64,000 nucleotides of DNA from positions 1 to 64,000 of IMG/VR virus record IMGVR_UViG_3300046526_000409, one strand, 5' to 3'. Position 1 is the stretch's first letter. Every line of letters begins with the position of its first letter. The notes under the pieces were generated by a model that did not search any database, was not told the origin of the DNA, and was given only the letters and a program-made list of their open reading frames with translations. Shown piece by piece: positions 16,018 through 26,394 of this stretch. Made by a program: the position numbers and the translations under genes. This DNA comes from a virus (lineage: Duplodnaviria > Caudoviricetes).

Positions 16018-17274
16018 TCAGGTCCTGCACAGAACACCAATCTCGGCGTCCAGCTCTGCCACGCGACGGTCTCCGCCCAGCGAGCCGAGTTCCGTGCGCA
16101 GCGTCTGGAGTCTACGGGCGACGTATCCCGAGCCTGACTGTCTGGCCAGCCGCAGCGCCTCACTCCCGTACGTCAGGAGCTGCTCGGTGTCGTGACGTTT
16201 CGCGCCGATGGCAGCGAGGTCGGCCAGGACGGCACCACGGCGGCGGAAGGACGTGCCGCTCTGGAGCGCTCCGGAGTCCAGGGCGCTCTTCAACGCGGTC
16301 TCTGCGAGGTCGAGCCGGCCCAGTTGTACATACCGGGCGCCGCGTTCCTCGGCGAGACGAGAGCCGTCGAAGCGGAGCCAGCCGGAGTTGTGCACAGGGG
16401 CCGGCAGGCCGGCAACCTCCTGGGCCGTGTCCATCGCGCGCTCGCAGGCGTCGAGGTCGCCCAGGTTCGCGTACGCCTCCGCGCGCACGGACGCCACCCA
16501 GAACCTCGTCGACAACGAGCTGTCTCCTCGGGCGGCGACGCGCCCTGCGACCTCCAAGACGTCGGCGGCCTCGGAGTACCGGCGGGCGTACAGGTCCACG
16601 TAGGAGTGCCGGACTAACGCGCAGGCCCACAGATCGAAGGACCGGGACTGCGTGCTTGCAGAAGCGGCGAGAGTGTAGGCCGCTGCGGCGTCCGTGTACC
16701 GGTTCTCGTCGAAGGCCAGCTCGCCGGCCAGTTGGAAGAGGTCGCCGGCTGCCGTGCACAGGCTGTCGGTGTGACGTCCGGGGCTCGACTTCAGGGCGTC
16801 GTTGAGCGCAACGAGCTGGTCCTGCACGACGACCGTCACGGACCGCTTGGACCGGGCCAGTTGGTAGACCTGCCACAAGTGCCCGTTCATGGCGTGGAAG
16901 TCGTCGATGGAGCCGCGGTCGGCGCACTCCGCAATCGCCTCCGTCGTGTCGGCTTCGAGCGCCGTGAGCGCGCCGGTCACCGCCAGCAGGCGCAGAAACT
17001 CGCGTCGGATCATGTCGTCGATTCCCCCGGAACCGTTGGGAGGGCCAATCGGCGACGCCGCGGACTCCTGGGGGGTGGCTTGTGGCGGGGCCAGCAGTGC
17101 GTCGAGTTCGGAGAGTTCCAGGCCCAGCGCGCGCGCCATCTTGGGGCGCTGCTCGGGCGTTGGCACTGTCTGTCGGCGTTCCCAGCGACCGACCGTCGTG
17201 CGGTCTACGCCGAGAGCGTGTGCGAACGTCTCCTGACTGTAACCCGAGGCTTTACGTCGCTCAGCAAGACCCAC
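16018..17274 (-). CDS. XRE-family HTH regulator with TPR-like C-terminus
   Basis: RRKASGYSQETFAHALGVDRTTVGRWE HTH; MIRREFL linker; helical repeats. Confidence 0.9.
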   Translation of the reverse strand: MGLAERRKASGYSQETFAHALGVDRTTVGRWERRQTVPTPEQRPKMARALGLELSELDALLAPPQATPQESAASPIGPPNGSGGIDDMIRREFLRLLAVTGALTALEADTTEAIAECADRGSIDDFHAMNGHLWQVYQLARSKRSVTVVVQDQLVALNDALKSSPGRHTDSLCTAAGDLFQLAGELAFDENRYTDAAAAYTLAASASTQSRSFDLWACALVRHSYVDLYARRYSEAADVLEVAGRVAARGDSSLSTRFWVASVRAEAYANLGDLDACERAMDTAQEVAGLPAPVHNSGWLRFDGSRLAEERGARYVQLGRLDLAETALKSALDSGALQSGTSFRRRGAVLADLAAIGAKRHDTEQLLTYGSEALRLARQSGSGYVARRLQTLRTELGSLGGDRRVAELDAEIGVLCRT

Positions 17275-17524
17275 GTTGGATTCCTCCCCGCTTGACCAGG
17301 GGTTTATCCGGGCGGCGCACCCCGTGCATCAAAGGTGCATCCAGGATGCCTCATGGATGCCGTTGTTCGCCCAGATCTTCGGCGGTTGGCTTGTCACCAG
17401 CCGCAGTGAGCAGCCAAATCCACCTTGGTACCCCCGTGCTGCGGCATGCGGAGGGTCCGGCCTTGGGACGTCACATCGCAGGGCCGGGCTATCCCCAACC
17501 CCCACTCGGAGGGATCGCCTCGCG

Positions 17525-17941
17525 ATGATGCTTGCCGCCAGAGCTTCAGGAACAAGTGTTCCTGCGTACACCGAGTCCTGGCCGTGTGAGCCCGAGTCGG
17601 CGGAGAAGGCCCGCAAGCTCGTCTCGGCGGCCCTGTCGCTGTGGGGTGTCAGCGACTCCATCGCGGACGGCGAGCTGATCGCCTCCGAATTGGCGAGCAA
17701 CGCCATCAGGCACGCAGGTCCAAGAGGCTTCCGGATCACGGTCTCCAGACCCGAGGACGGGATAGTCAAGATCCGCGTTGTGGACTTCAGCCACAAGGAA
17801 CCTGTCCTGCGGGCGGTAGCCGTCGACTGCGAGAGCGGGCGTGGCATGCACCTCGTGGCCCTGCTGAGCGCGCGGTGGGGCTGTGAGCCCACGAACTGGG
17901 GCAAGACCGTTTGGGCCGAGATGAAGGTGGCGGCGCGGTGA
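17525..17941 (+). CDS. HATPase_c (anti-sigma/RsbW-like) ATP-binding protein
   Basis: SELASNAIRH, ESGRGMHLV, WG...GKTVWAE. Confidence 0.9.
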   Translation: MMLAARASGTSVPAYTESWPCEPESAEKARKLVSAALSLWGVSDSIADGELIASELASNAIRHAGPRGFRITVSRPEDGIVKIRVVDFSHKEPVLRAVAVDCESGRGMHLVALLSARWGCEPTNWGKTVWAEMKVAAR

Positions 17942-18336
17942 CCGTGATCGCGGCCTGGAGACCGCCTCTCACGGCACAGCAGCTCCGGGACGTACTCACA
18001 AGGGTGCGTGCCTGGACGCCGTTGAGCCTGCCGGCCATCTTCGACGACCTGGACCAGGTCCTCGGAGAGCAGCAGCCGGCCATCGACGAACTGGACGAGA
18101 TAGGCGAGCGATTACGCGGCGCCTTGATGCAGCTCAGTTCCATCGCCGTCGCGGACCCAAGACACCGTCCGGACGCCGAGACCCTCGTGCTCGTCGAGCG
18201 TGGACGGGCCCTGCGAGATGAAGAGATGACCGGCGGCTACCGCGCGGACCTGGGACTGGCGAGACGGATGGCCTGGACGACCTCCGACCTCATCGAGCGG
18301 ATGCTCAACGAGCGGCACATCAAGGACGACGACTGA
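17938..18336 (+). CDS. DUF6415-like protein
   Basis: RLRGALMQL...LARRMA pattern and cassette position. Confidence 0.6.
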   Translation: MTVIAAWRPPLTAQQLRDVLTRVRAWTPLSLPAIFDDLDQVLGEQQPAIDELDEIGERLRGALMQLSSIAVADPRHRPDAETLVLVERGRALRDEEMTGGYRADLGLARRMAWTTSDLIERMLNERHIKDDD

Positions 18337-19004
18337 TGCGAACCCTGACCGGCACGACCCTGGTCCCGTACGTCACTCTCCGGGAGGGAGAGGACGGCGT
18401 TCCCGAGTCCTCGCTGAGGATCCTCCGCCACTGGCGCACCAAGGAGCCCTATGCGGCCTACGCGTCCGAGGTGCAGCAGGACAGGGACCTTCGAGACGTG
18501 CTCTGGGCGCGGTGTACGCAGAACCGCAGGGACGACTGCGGCATGCCGACAGGCAGACCGCTGTGGAAGCTGATGCACCCCTCCCGGCAGCGCGAGTGCA
18601 TGGAGCAGATGCTCTGCCAGATCTGCGTGAAGCCGGCGAAGACGCCCCTGGGGTGGGTCTTCTTGAACGGCCCCGACTGGACTCCCACGGAGGGCGCCAA
18701 GGAGCTGACGGCGCAACCGCCCGTCTGTGCCAAGCACATCAAGGCTGCTGCCACCCTCTGTCCCCACCTCGATGGCCAGCCGCGGGTCCACCTCGTCCAG
18801 CGAGCGCCGCTCTACGGCGTGCACGGGACCATCTACGGGTTCGGCGAGGAAGGGATCAAGGTCGTCGGTATCCCGGACGCGCCCCTGCCCTACGGGCACC
18901 CGAACACGGCCACCTTCCTCGCCTCCCAACTGGTCCGACGGCTGAGTGTCTTCAGGCCGGTCGACATGGAGGAACTGCTGGAGCACCTCCAGGTGGCCGC
19001 TTAG
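18336..19004 (+). CDS. Conserved Cys-containing hypothetical protein
   Basis: VPYVT...LWAR...HPSRQRECM..LCQIC...PPVC..H...CPHL. Confidence 0.8.
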   Translation: MRTLTGTTLVPYVTLREGEDGVPESSLRILRHWRTKEPYAAYASEVQQDRDLRDVLWARCTQNRRDDCGMPTGRPLWKLMHPSRQRECMEQMLCQICVKPAKTPLGWVFLNGPDWTPTEGAKELTAQPPVCAKHIKAAATLCPHLDGQPRVHLVQRAPLYGVHGTIYGFGEEGIKVVGIPDAPLPYGHPNTATFLASQLVRRLSVFRPVDMEELLEHLQVAA

Positions 19005-19143
19005 ACCTGTCCGGTGGCCGGGCGAAGGAAGCGTCCAGCCACCGGGCAGCACCACTCCCCGCCTCGGCCGGCATGACGGCGAATCGTCAGCCGGGGCGGG
19101 GTGCACCACACAGCACGGCAACGACACCCCGAAGGGAAAGTCA

Positions 19144-19644
19144 ATGACCGTCACGATCGAACAGCCCACCAGCGCGCAGACGCGGGACCCGCAGGAACTG
19201 CTCAACGCGGTCGCCCCACACATCACGGAGCTGACCGTCAACGTCTTCGACAGCGGCATGAGCCTCTGGGACCGCGAGATCGCTCTGCTCCTGCGCGACC
19301 ACACCATGGTCCGTGACATGGCCGAGCGCATCCTCGGCCAGGCGGTGGCGTACACGCTCTGCTCCATCGAGAACCCGACCGTCCACCTCGGCGTCGGCAA
19401 GCTCGTGGACATCGGCGTACATCAGCTCATCCTCGACACCCCCGTCTGGTGGGGCATCTGCCGTCTCTACAACGGCGGCGCCTTCAAGCACCACGCCCCG
19501 TTCATCCAGCGCCGCGGCGACGGCCTGTGCCTGCGCACCAGCGAGTTCATGGCTGCCAAGGGCTGGGTCGTTGACGAGGAACTGTGGGCGATCGACGGCG
19601 CCTCGTGCTCGCCGTGTGACAACAAGGTCCCCGACAGCCACTGA
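19144..19644 (+). CDS. Glycine-rich-domain (GRDP)-like protein
   Basis: VDIGVHQLILDT...C...FKHHAP; C-terminal CSPC. Confidence 0.65.
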   Translation: MTVTIEQPTSAQTRDPQELLNAVAPHITELTVNVFDSGMSLWDREIALLLRDHTMVRDMAERILGQAVAYTLCSIENPTVHLGVGKLVDIGVHQLILDTPVWWGICRLYNGGAFKHHAPFIQRRGDGLCLRTSEFMAAKGWVVDEELWAIDGASCSPCDNKVPDSH

Positions 19645-19723
19645 CCGCGCTACAGTCGCCCCCGCCCTCGTGCCTCCCGCGACGGCGGGGGCGACCGCAC
19701 CCCGACCACGCAGAGGAACCGCT

Positions 19724-20377
19724 GTGCCTGTACCGCACGACATCGCCGCCGAGACTGAACTGTGGGACACCTACGCAGAGTCCGCTTTCAAGGACGACGC
19801 GGAGCCGAGCATCTGCTGGACCCAGTACGCCGGCCACGGTCCCGGCCCCGAACTCCTCGGCAGCCCGCGCCGGGTGCTGGAGATCGGCTGCGGCACCGGC
19901 CGCGCCCTCGCCTTCCTGGCCGGTCAAGGCATCACAGCACACGGCGTCGACCTCTCCCCGATCATGGTGAAGAAGACCAGCGAACGTTGGGCGGACAGCG
20001 GCGCCACCTTCCACTGTGGGGAGGTCCTGAAATGGCTGGCCGATCACGAGGACACCTATGACGCGGTGTACTCCATTTTCGGTGCCGCCTGGTTCACCGA
20101 TCCAAGCCGGCTGTTCCCCCTGGTGAGGGAACGGCTCAACCCCGGTGGCGTGTTCGTCTTCTCGCAGCCCCCAGCGATCCCCGGCGCGTACGGACCCCAG
20201 GGGATGTATAAGGGCGGCTTCGCAGGGAAGGCAATGTTCACCTACCGCTACAGCTACCGGCCGGCCGTCTGGGAGCGCTTGTTGACCAGGGCCGGATTCG
20301 CGTCGGCCGATGCCGACACGATTGACGCTCCCAAACCTGGGCACATCGGCACGTTGATTGTGCGCGCTCATCGGTAA
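19724..20377 (+). CDS. Class I SAM-dependent methyltransferase
   Basis: VLEIGCGTG, GVDLS, LNPGGVF. Confidence 0.92.
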   Translation: MPVPHDIAAETELWDTYAESAFKDDAEPSICWTQYAGHGPGPELLGSPRRVLEIGCGTGRALAFLAGQGITAHGVDLSPIMVKKTSERWADSGATFHCGEVLKWLADHEDTYDAVYSIFGAAWFTDPSRLFPLVRERLNPGGVFVFSQPPAIPGAYGPQGMYKGGFAGKAMFTYRYSYRPAVWERLLTRAGFASADADTIDAPKPGHIGTLIVRAHR

Positions 20378-20485
20378 TACGGCTCCGGCCGAGCGTTGAC
20401 ACCTTGCGCAGCCGTGCCATTAACACTTTTCTGGTGAGCCCCTCACCCTTGATTCCGAGACGTCTCGCAAGGAATTGAGGAACGA

Positions 20486-20884
20486 ATGGCAGGAAATCTC
20501 GCCCCGAACCCGAGTTTCCCGGAGCAGGGCAACTACGACTACGGCGTCAAGACCGGATCCAACACAGCTCGCCGGGGCCGCCTCCGATTCGAGGAGGGTG
20601 TCGCCACTGACACCGACATTCCCCAGGAATTCGGTAAGGGCGTGATGCAGGGCTACCAGACGGCGCCGGGTCGAAACAACCACAACCTGAACGTCTTCGA
20701 GAAGCCGGCCGCCGAGACCATGCGCGAGCGAGCCCACGTCGGCTCCGCAGCCTGGCCCGAGGCGCCGGAGTTCCTCGGCAGCTTCGCGCACGGAGCTGGC
20801 CACGGTGCGGAGGTGCGCTTCGAGATGGACGTTCGTGACGGCCGGCACCAGGAGCGTCCGAACTACGCCAAGACCACCGACTGA
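20486..20884 (+). CDS. Conserved phage protein upstream of portal
   Basis: RBS GAGGA; RRGRLRFEEGVATDTD motif. Confidence 0.8.
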   Translation: MAGNLAPNPSFPEQGNYDYGVKTGSNTARRGRLRFEEGVATDTDIPQEFGKGVMQGYQTAPGRNNHNLNVFEKPAAETMRERAHVGSAAWPEAPEFLGSFAHGAGHGAEVRFEMDVRDGRHQERPNYAKTTD

Positions 20885-20903
20885 TCGTAGCGTCGCAGCT
20901 CGT

Positions 20904-20933
20904 AAAGCCCCCCTGGGAAACCTGGGGGGCTTT
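20904..20933 (+). terminator. Intrinsic terminator
   Basis: AAAGCCCCCC...GGGGGGCTTT. Confidence 0.75.
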
Positions 20934-21046
20934 GCTGTTAACACCTCTCAGAGCCTGCGTGTGAGGATTGGGCATAGCGCAATTCGTCATATCAACTCGT
21001 AGCACCGCGCCTCCATACAGGTGCACCATTCGGTGCTTAGTCGAGG

Positions 21047-22780
21047 ATGTGTCGGTTGTCCTTCGCTTTCTTCCCGCCGAATCAGCGTGCGGCCGGCTCT
21101 GATCTCACCATCAGCATCAGCCCGTTGGGTCTCGTTGAACTGTCGGACGAGGACTTTGAAATTCACGGGCCGCGCCTGAACCGCTACGCGACCAACTTCG
21201 CGTTCTACCTCGGGCACCACTGGGCCTACCGTCGGGAAGCCGGCGAACCGCAGATCACCCTGAACTACGTGGCGACCTTCGCGCGCTACATCAACAACTT
21301 CTGCTTCTCCAAGGGCGTGCAGTTCGCCGTACCCAAACGCTACGAACACATCGTTCCGGCCCTGCTCAAGCGGGTCTGGGAGGTCGACAACGACAAGCAG
21401 TCCCTGCTGAACTCGATCGGCGAACAGGGCGGCGTCACAGGCGACTCTTTCGTGAAGGTCGCCTACGAGCCGCAGTGGGTCGACTCGGCCGGCGGTGTGC
21501 ATCCGGGCCGCGTCCGCATCCTTCCCCTGAACAGCGCGCACTGCTTTCCTGAGTATCACCCCCACGACAGAGACCGTCTCGTCGCCTTCAAGCTGCGCTA
21601 CAAATTCTGGACGACCGGCGCCGATGGGGCTCGGATGGTGATGACGTACACCGAGCGGCTGACCGACACGACCATCGACGAGTTCCTCAATGACGAACTG
21701 ATCGACTCCCGCCCGAATCCGCTCGGCATGATTCCCGTCGCGCACATCCGGAACATAGCCGTGTCCGGCTCGCCTTGGGGCCTAGCCGACATCGGCGACA
21801 TCATCTCCATCAACCGTGAGCTGAACGAGAAGATGACCGACGTCTCGGACATCATCAACTACCACGCGTCGCCGACGACCATCATCCAGGGCGCCAAGGC
21901 CACGAACCTGGAACGCGGCCCCCGAAAGATCTGGGGTGGCCTGCCGGAAAAGGCCAAGGTCTACAACTTGGAGAACGGCGTCGACCTGTCCGGGCCTATG
22001 GGATTCATCCAGGTCCTCAAGACGGCGATGCACGAGATCATGGGCGTTCCGGAATCCGCGCTCGGACAGATGCAGCCGATCTCGAATACGAGTGGCGTTG
22101 CTTTGTCAATTCAGTACCAGCCACTGATGAACCGCAACAGCACCAAGCAGATGAACTACGGGCTCGGCCTGAAGCACATCAACGAGCTGGTGCTGCGGAC
22201 CCTGTTCTGCCACGAGCCCGAGACGCTGCTGTACGACCCGTACAGCGACGGCATCATGACCTCCGGCGATCAGCCTGTTCTCCTCGACCCCAACGATCCC
22301 CAGGTTTATCAGGTCGAGTGCGTATGGCCCATGCCGCTTCCGGTCGACAACCTCGTGAAGCTGAACGAAATCCAGGCCAAGCTCGCCATCGGTCTGGAAT
22401 CCAAGCGAAACGCTCTCGTGGAACTCGGCGAAGAGTTCCCCGACGAGCGCTTGGAAGAGATGTTCAGCGAGCAGCGCAGGGACGTTATCGAGCAGGGAGC
22501 CCTGGAGCTTATCAAGGCAACCATTTCCTCTGCTATTCTCCAGATGACTGGAATTGCTACTGAGGAAAGTGGTAATCCAGCCCCGTCAAGCGGGGGAAGC
22601 CCGGAGCAGTCCGGAACTCCCGCTGGCAACGCTCAGACCGGAGTTCTTCCCGGAGCAACCGGGATCGACCTCGGTGTGGACACCAACATGTTGATCAATC
22701 AATTCGTGACCATGGCGTACGGCACCAAGCTGCCGCAGAGCCGGAATTCGGAGGATGCCAGTAACCAGGAGACGAGCTAA
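21047..22780 (+). CDS. Portal protein (SPP1 gp6-like; start uncertain)
   Basis: Size and position; GVTGD, NPLGMIPVAH, SGVAL motifs. Confidence 0.9.
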   Translation: MCRLSFAFFPPNQRAAGSDLTISISPLGLVELSDEDFEIHGPRLNRYATNFAFYLGHHWAYRREAGEPQITLNYVATFARYINNFCFSKGVQFAVPKRYEHIVPALLKRVWEVDNDKQSLLNSIGEQGGVTGDSFVKVAYEPQWVDSAGGVHPGRVRILPLNSAHCFPEYHPHDRDRLVAFKLRYKFWTTGADGARMVMTYTERLTDTTIDEFLNDELIDSRPNPLGMIPVAHIRNIAVSGSPWGLADIGDIISINRELNEKMTDVSDIINYHASPTTIIQGAKATNLERGPRKIWGGLPEKAKVYNLENGVDLSGPMGFIQVLKTAMHEIMGVPESALGQMQPISNTSGVALSIQYQPLMNRNSTKQMNYGLGLKHINELVLRTLFCHEPETLLYDPYSDGIMTSGDQPVLLDPNDPQVYQVECVWPMPLPVDNLVKLNEIQAKLAIGLESKRNALVELGEEFPDERLEEMFSEQRRDVIEQGALELIKATISSAILQMTGIATEESGNPAPSSGGSPEQSGTPAGNAQTGVLPGATGIDLGVDTNMLINQFVTMAYGTKLPQSRNSEDASNQETS

Positions 22781-23568
22781 TGACACTTCCGGCCAACGCC
22801 CCCGCCCCTGCCCCGAACGGCGCCGCCAACGACCAGGTCCTCACCGTCCCGGTCATTCCCGAGCAGCCCAGGGAACCGCAGGCTGACGCTCGCTTCACCG
22901 CCGACGACCTGGAGAAGGTCCGTCGCGAGGAGCGCGAGAAGCTCTACGGGCGTCTGAACCAGCAGGACGAGATCCTCAAGGCCACCAAGGAGGAACTCGA
23001 AGCCGTCCGCAAGGCCCGCGAGGACAAGGAAGCCGCAGAGGCGACCGCCCGCAAGCAGGCCGAGGATGAGGCCGAGGCGAAGAGGCAGTCGGATCTGTCT
23101 GCCAAGTCCCTGCTCAAGGAGCGCGAGCAGGAGTGGGAGAAGCGCTTCACCGATCTCCAGTCCAGCTACGAGCAGGACCGCGAGCTGTTCGCCCGCGAGC
23201 AGGAGTTCCAGCGCCTCCAGAACGTCCGCACTGACCTGCTGTCGCAGGCTGCCGACGACATCGCACCCGAGCTGGCCGACCTCGTCCAGGGCAACACCGA
23301 GGACGAACTCCGCCACTCGGTAGAGCTGATGAAGCAGAAGAGCGCGGCCATCGTCGCCCAGATCCAGCAGACCCAGGTCGCTACTCGGGCTTCGATGCGA
23401 GGCACCGCTCCCACCGGTTACGGCGTCGGTCCGGCCGACTCGGACGCCGGCTACCGCCAGTATTCCGCTGGCGACATCAAGAACATGCCCATGAGCGAGT
23501 ACGCGAAGCTCCGCGGCCAGCTCCTGCCGGCCGCTGGCACCGCCGCGCGTCAGGGCACGTTCGGCTAA
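22780..23568 (+). CDS. Capsid scaffolding protein
   Basis: Charged coiled coil between portal and capsid; C-terminal MPMSEYAKLR. Confidence 0.8.
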   Translation: MTLPANAPAPAPNGAANDQVLTVPVIPEQPREPQADARFTADDLEKVRREEREKLYGRLNQQDEILKATKEELEAVRKAREDKEAAEATARKQAEDEAEAKRQSDLSAKSLLKEREQEWEKRFTDLQSSYEQDRELFAREQEFQRLQNVRTDLLSQAADDIAPELADLVQGNTEDELRHSVELMKQKSAAIVAQIQQTQVATRASMRGTAPTGYGVGPADSDAGYRQYSAGDIKNMPMSEYAKLRGQLLPAAGTAARQGTFG

Positions 23569-23595
23569 TCCGCCGCACTAGTAAGGGAAACACAT

Positions 23596-24881
23596 ATGGC
23601 ATCTGCCATCACCGGTACGCCGCGTCTGTCGGCGTCTCCGACCAACTACTCCGGCACGAACTCGCAGCTTTCTCCGGCCATCCAAGAACTCTGGTCGAAG
23701 GAAATCCTGTTTCAGTCGATGCCGATTCTCCGGTCTCGGGCCGCCTGACGCAGTGATGCGTCAGTGAGAACCACGCTGTATCGGTGAACCCCACCGATTT
23801 CCTCGTAGCATTCATTCGTAGCACGGGGAATACCGAGGGAACCCAACACCTGGGACTCCGTAGAGACTACACGCGAGGCGCCTCCCACAGGATCAGCTCT
23901 TAGGTGAGAAGTGAGCTGAAACTGGAGGCGAAGATATAGTCCGAACTTGCGGGATGGAAAACCGTAAGAGCCAGGCAGAAATGACCTGGCCCCGCATCCA
24001 GCGGGTAACACCAGCGAATTGTCGAGCAGTTCGCAGTCAAGAAGACCGAGCTGGGCGTCAGCCCCGGCCTGGTGATCCACTTCATGCGGTACGACAACCT
24101 CGGCGACGCCTCGCAGCTCGTCGAAGGCGTCCGCATGGAGACGCACGCCCTCACGGCGTCTCAGTTCAGCATCACCGTCTCCGAGCACGGCTACGCCATC
24201 GCGGTTTCGGAGCTGCTGCTCAACTCGTCCTTCGACGACGTGCTCGCGTCCGGCTCCCGGCTCCTGGGCCGGAACATGGCGAAGTACCTCGATGAGCAGG
24301 CCCGCGACACCCTGCTCCAGGCGTCGTCCGTCCTGTACGGCTACGACAAGTGGGCCACCACGGGCAACGCGATCACCCGCGTCTCCCCGTACGACAAGGG
24401 TGCCCCGTCGGCGAACCGTTCTGGCCTGACCGGCAACTACAGGTTCACCTCGGCCCTGGTCAAGGACATGGTCGAGACCCTCGCCACCCGCAACATCCCG
24501 CGTCTCGGTGATGTGTACGTGTGCTTCGTGCACCCGCACCAGTCCCGGTGGCTGCGTGAGGACCCGACCTGGATCGAGTCCTCGAAGTACGCGCAGCCGG
24601 GGGCGTTCTCCCTCGGTGAGATCGGCCGGATCGACGACGTAATTTTTGTCGAGACCACACAGGTCAAGAAGATCGACAACGGCAACGCCACGACCCACGC
24701 GGACGTCTACCAGAGCATTTGCATTGGTGACAACGCCTTCGGTCACGCGATCTCCCTGCCGGTCGAGCTTCGCGATGGCGGTGTCCAGGACTTCGGCCGT
24801 GAGCACCTGCTGAGCTGGTACTCGATCTTCGGTCTGGGCCTGATCACCGACGCCTCGGTCGTCATCGCGGAGACCAACTAA
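23596..24881 (+). CDS. Major capsid protein (N4-gp56-like), two exons 23596-23734 + 24022-24881, 332 aa spliced
   Basis: Joined exons read MASAITG...LWSKEILFQSMPILR-F-EQFAVKKTELG... in frame with ORF 24072..24881; VHPHQ, GEIGR, DFGREH motifs. Confidence 0.93.
23735..24021 (+). ncRNA. Group I self-splicing intron (287 nt, no ORF)
   Basis: Exon ends in U, intron ends in G; P1 CGGU/GCCG; P10 CUCGG/UCGAG; P2 23745-23764; R element GUAGAGACUACACG; S element AAGAUAUAGUCC (23931-23942); P7 GACUA/UAGUC. Confidence 0.95.
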
Positions 24882-24991
24882 GGTCTTCGCGCTTGCGAAG
24901 TCTAATGTTCGCAGGCACTCCCTACGAGCGGGCGCCACTTCGGTGCCCGCTTGTAGGTACCGCACAAAACTTCCCTGAGTAGGAGAACCAC

Positions 24992-25348
24992 ATGGCGACT
25001 GCCCGCAAGCCCGCCGGAGACCTCACCGGACGCCAGGCGGAGGCGCTCGCGGCGGCACGCGACGCCGAGGCCAAGGAACGCGCGAAGACGATGGCGACGG
25101 CCACGATCGTCGCGGAGTCCGAGAAGTCGACCACGGTCGTCGACCTGGTCGACAAGCCCAAGCCCGCCGAGGTCGAGGAGCAGCCTGTCGTCGTCGAGGA
25201 GGCCGCGCGAGAGATCCGCGTGAACGCCAACCTCACCGACGTCGTCATCGGCCAGGGCAACTACTACACCTTCGAGGTCGGGGTGCCGTACCGGGTGCCG
25301 GCGTTCGTCGCCAACCACCTGGAGGAGAAGGGCCTGATCTGGCACTGA
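24992..25348 (+). CDS. Conserved phage protein downstream of capsid
   Basis: RBS AGGAG; ORF. Confidence 0.8.
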   Translation: MATARKPAGDLTGRQAEALAAARDAEAKERAKTMATATIVAESEKSTTVVDLVDKPKPAEVEEQPVVVEEAAREIRVNANLTDVVIGQGNYYTFEVGVPYRVPAFVANHLEEKGLIWH

Positions 25349-25423
25349 GCCAGCCCCAAGCCCGCGGGGGAGAGGGGTGTCTCCCTCTCCCCTTTTCGTC
25401 TGTGCCCTTCCAGGAGATACCTC

Positions 25424-25762
25424 GTGACTGACATCCAGGTCGGACAGCCCTACGTGCTGACGGCTGAGGGCGGCTACGGCAGCGGTGTGGGATCCGTCCC
25501 GCAGGGCGCCGTGGTGACGCCGTTCGACTCCGTTCCGCCCGGTACGGCGGGCGTCGGCTACGCAGTTGAGGACGTCGTCCTCGTCGGCTACCACGACGTC
25601 GTCACCTTCCCCGGAACGCCCGTGGATCGAACGCTGGCCATCGCCAGCAGCATCTTCACCGGCGCCTTCACCCTCCAGGCGGACATGCCGGCTGAGCCGG
25701 AAGCCCCGGAGGACCCCGTCGTACCGTCCTCGCCCGATCCCGCACCGACGGGCGGTGAGTGA
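25424..25762 (+). CDS. Hypothetical virion protein
   Basis: RBS AGGAG + GTG. Confidence 0.7.
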   Translation: MTDIQVGQPYVLTAEGGYGSGVGSVPQGAVVTPFDSVPPGTAGVGYAVEDVVLVGYHDVVTFPGTPVDRTLAIASSIFTGAFTLQADMPAEPEAPEDPVVPSSPDPAPTGGE

Positions 25763-26394
25763 TGGCCGGCGGCTACCTCACGCGGCAGGCGGCCCATGCG
25801 CTGCTGACGCTCATGACCGGGGGAGGTGAAGACACCACGTCCGGCACCGACCCGGTTGCCGACCGCCTCCTGAAGGCCCACCAGATGCGTCACTGGGCCG
25901 GCGGCGACGTAAGCGCTCCCGGTGCATGGGCGCCCAAGGCGTACCTGCTGCACCTCTTGGACCAGGTCGACGCCCAGGGCGTGGCCGCCGTCCGCGACAC
26001 CGTGGAGGCAATGCCCGACGACCCGAGCGGCGCGGTGTATCTCGCGCTCTCGACAGTCGATCCGGGGGACATCGCGACCGGGCTGTCGGGCGAGCTTCTG
26101 GCAGCCGGCTATCAGCGGCAGGCGGTGTCCCTGTCGGCTCCCAAGTCTGCCGGGTCGTTCGTCATCCAGTCGGGGACCCCCGCGGAGGTCGACCTTGCTG
26201 TCAGCGCGGTGTTCGGACCTTTCACCGACATGGCCGGCTCAGGAGGGGCGGTCACGCACATGGCCCTGGTGACGGCTGCAACAGGCACGGACTACGCGGT
26301 GATTGCGGTGTGGCCGCTGGACGTTCCCGTGACCGCAGCCCAGGGCGAATCGCTGCTTGCCCAGGCTGGTTCGCTGACGATCAAGGTGGCCTGA
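25762..26394 (+). CDS. Fibre/decoration-type virion protein
   Basis: YLALSTVDPG...GYQRQAV...FGPFT motif; paralog of the next gene. Confidence 0.7.
   Translation: MAGGYLTRQAAHALLTLMTGGGEDTTSGTDPVADRLLKAHQMRHWAGGDVSAPGAWAPKAYLLHLLDQVDAQGVAAVRDTVEAMPDDPSGAVYLALSTVDPGDIATGLSGELLAAGYQRQAVSLSAPKSAGSFVIQSGTPAEVDLAVSAVFGPFTDMAGSGGAVTHMALVTAATGTDYAVIAVWPLDVPVTAAQGESLLAQAGSLTIKVA

Noticed and set aside
23954-24295. Intron-encoded homing endonuclease
   Set aside because: No HNH, GIY-YIG or LAGLIDADG motif; the ORF is an off-frame shadow of exon 2
24072-24881. Capsid gene starting at GTG 24072 as in the ORF track
   Set aside because: No RBS there; the frame extends to the 3' splice site and joins exon 1, which has a proper RBS
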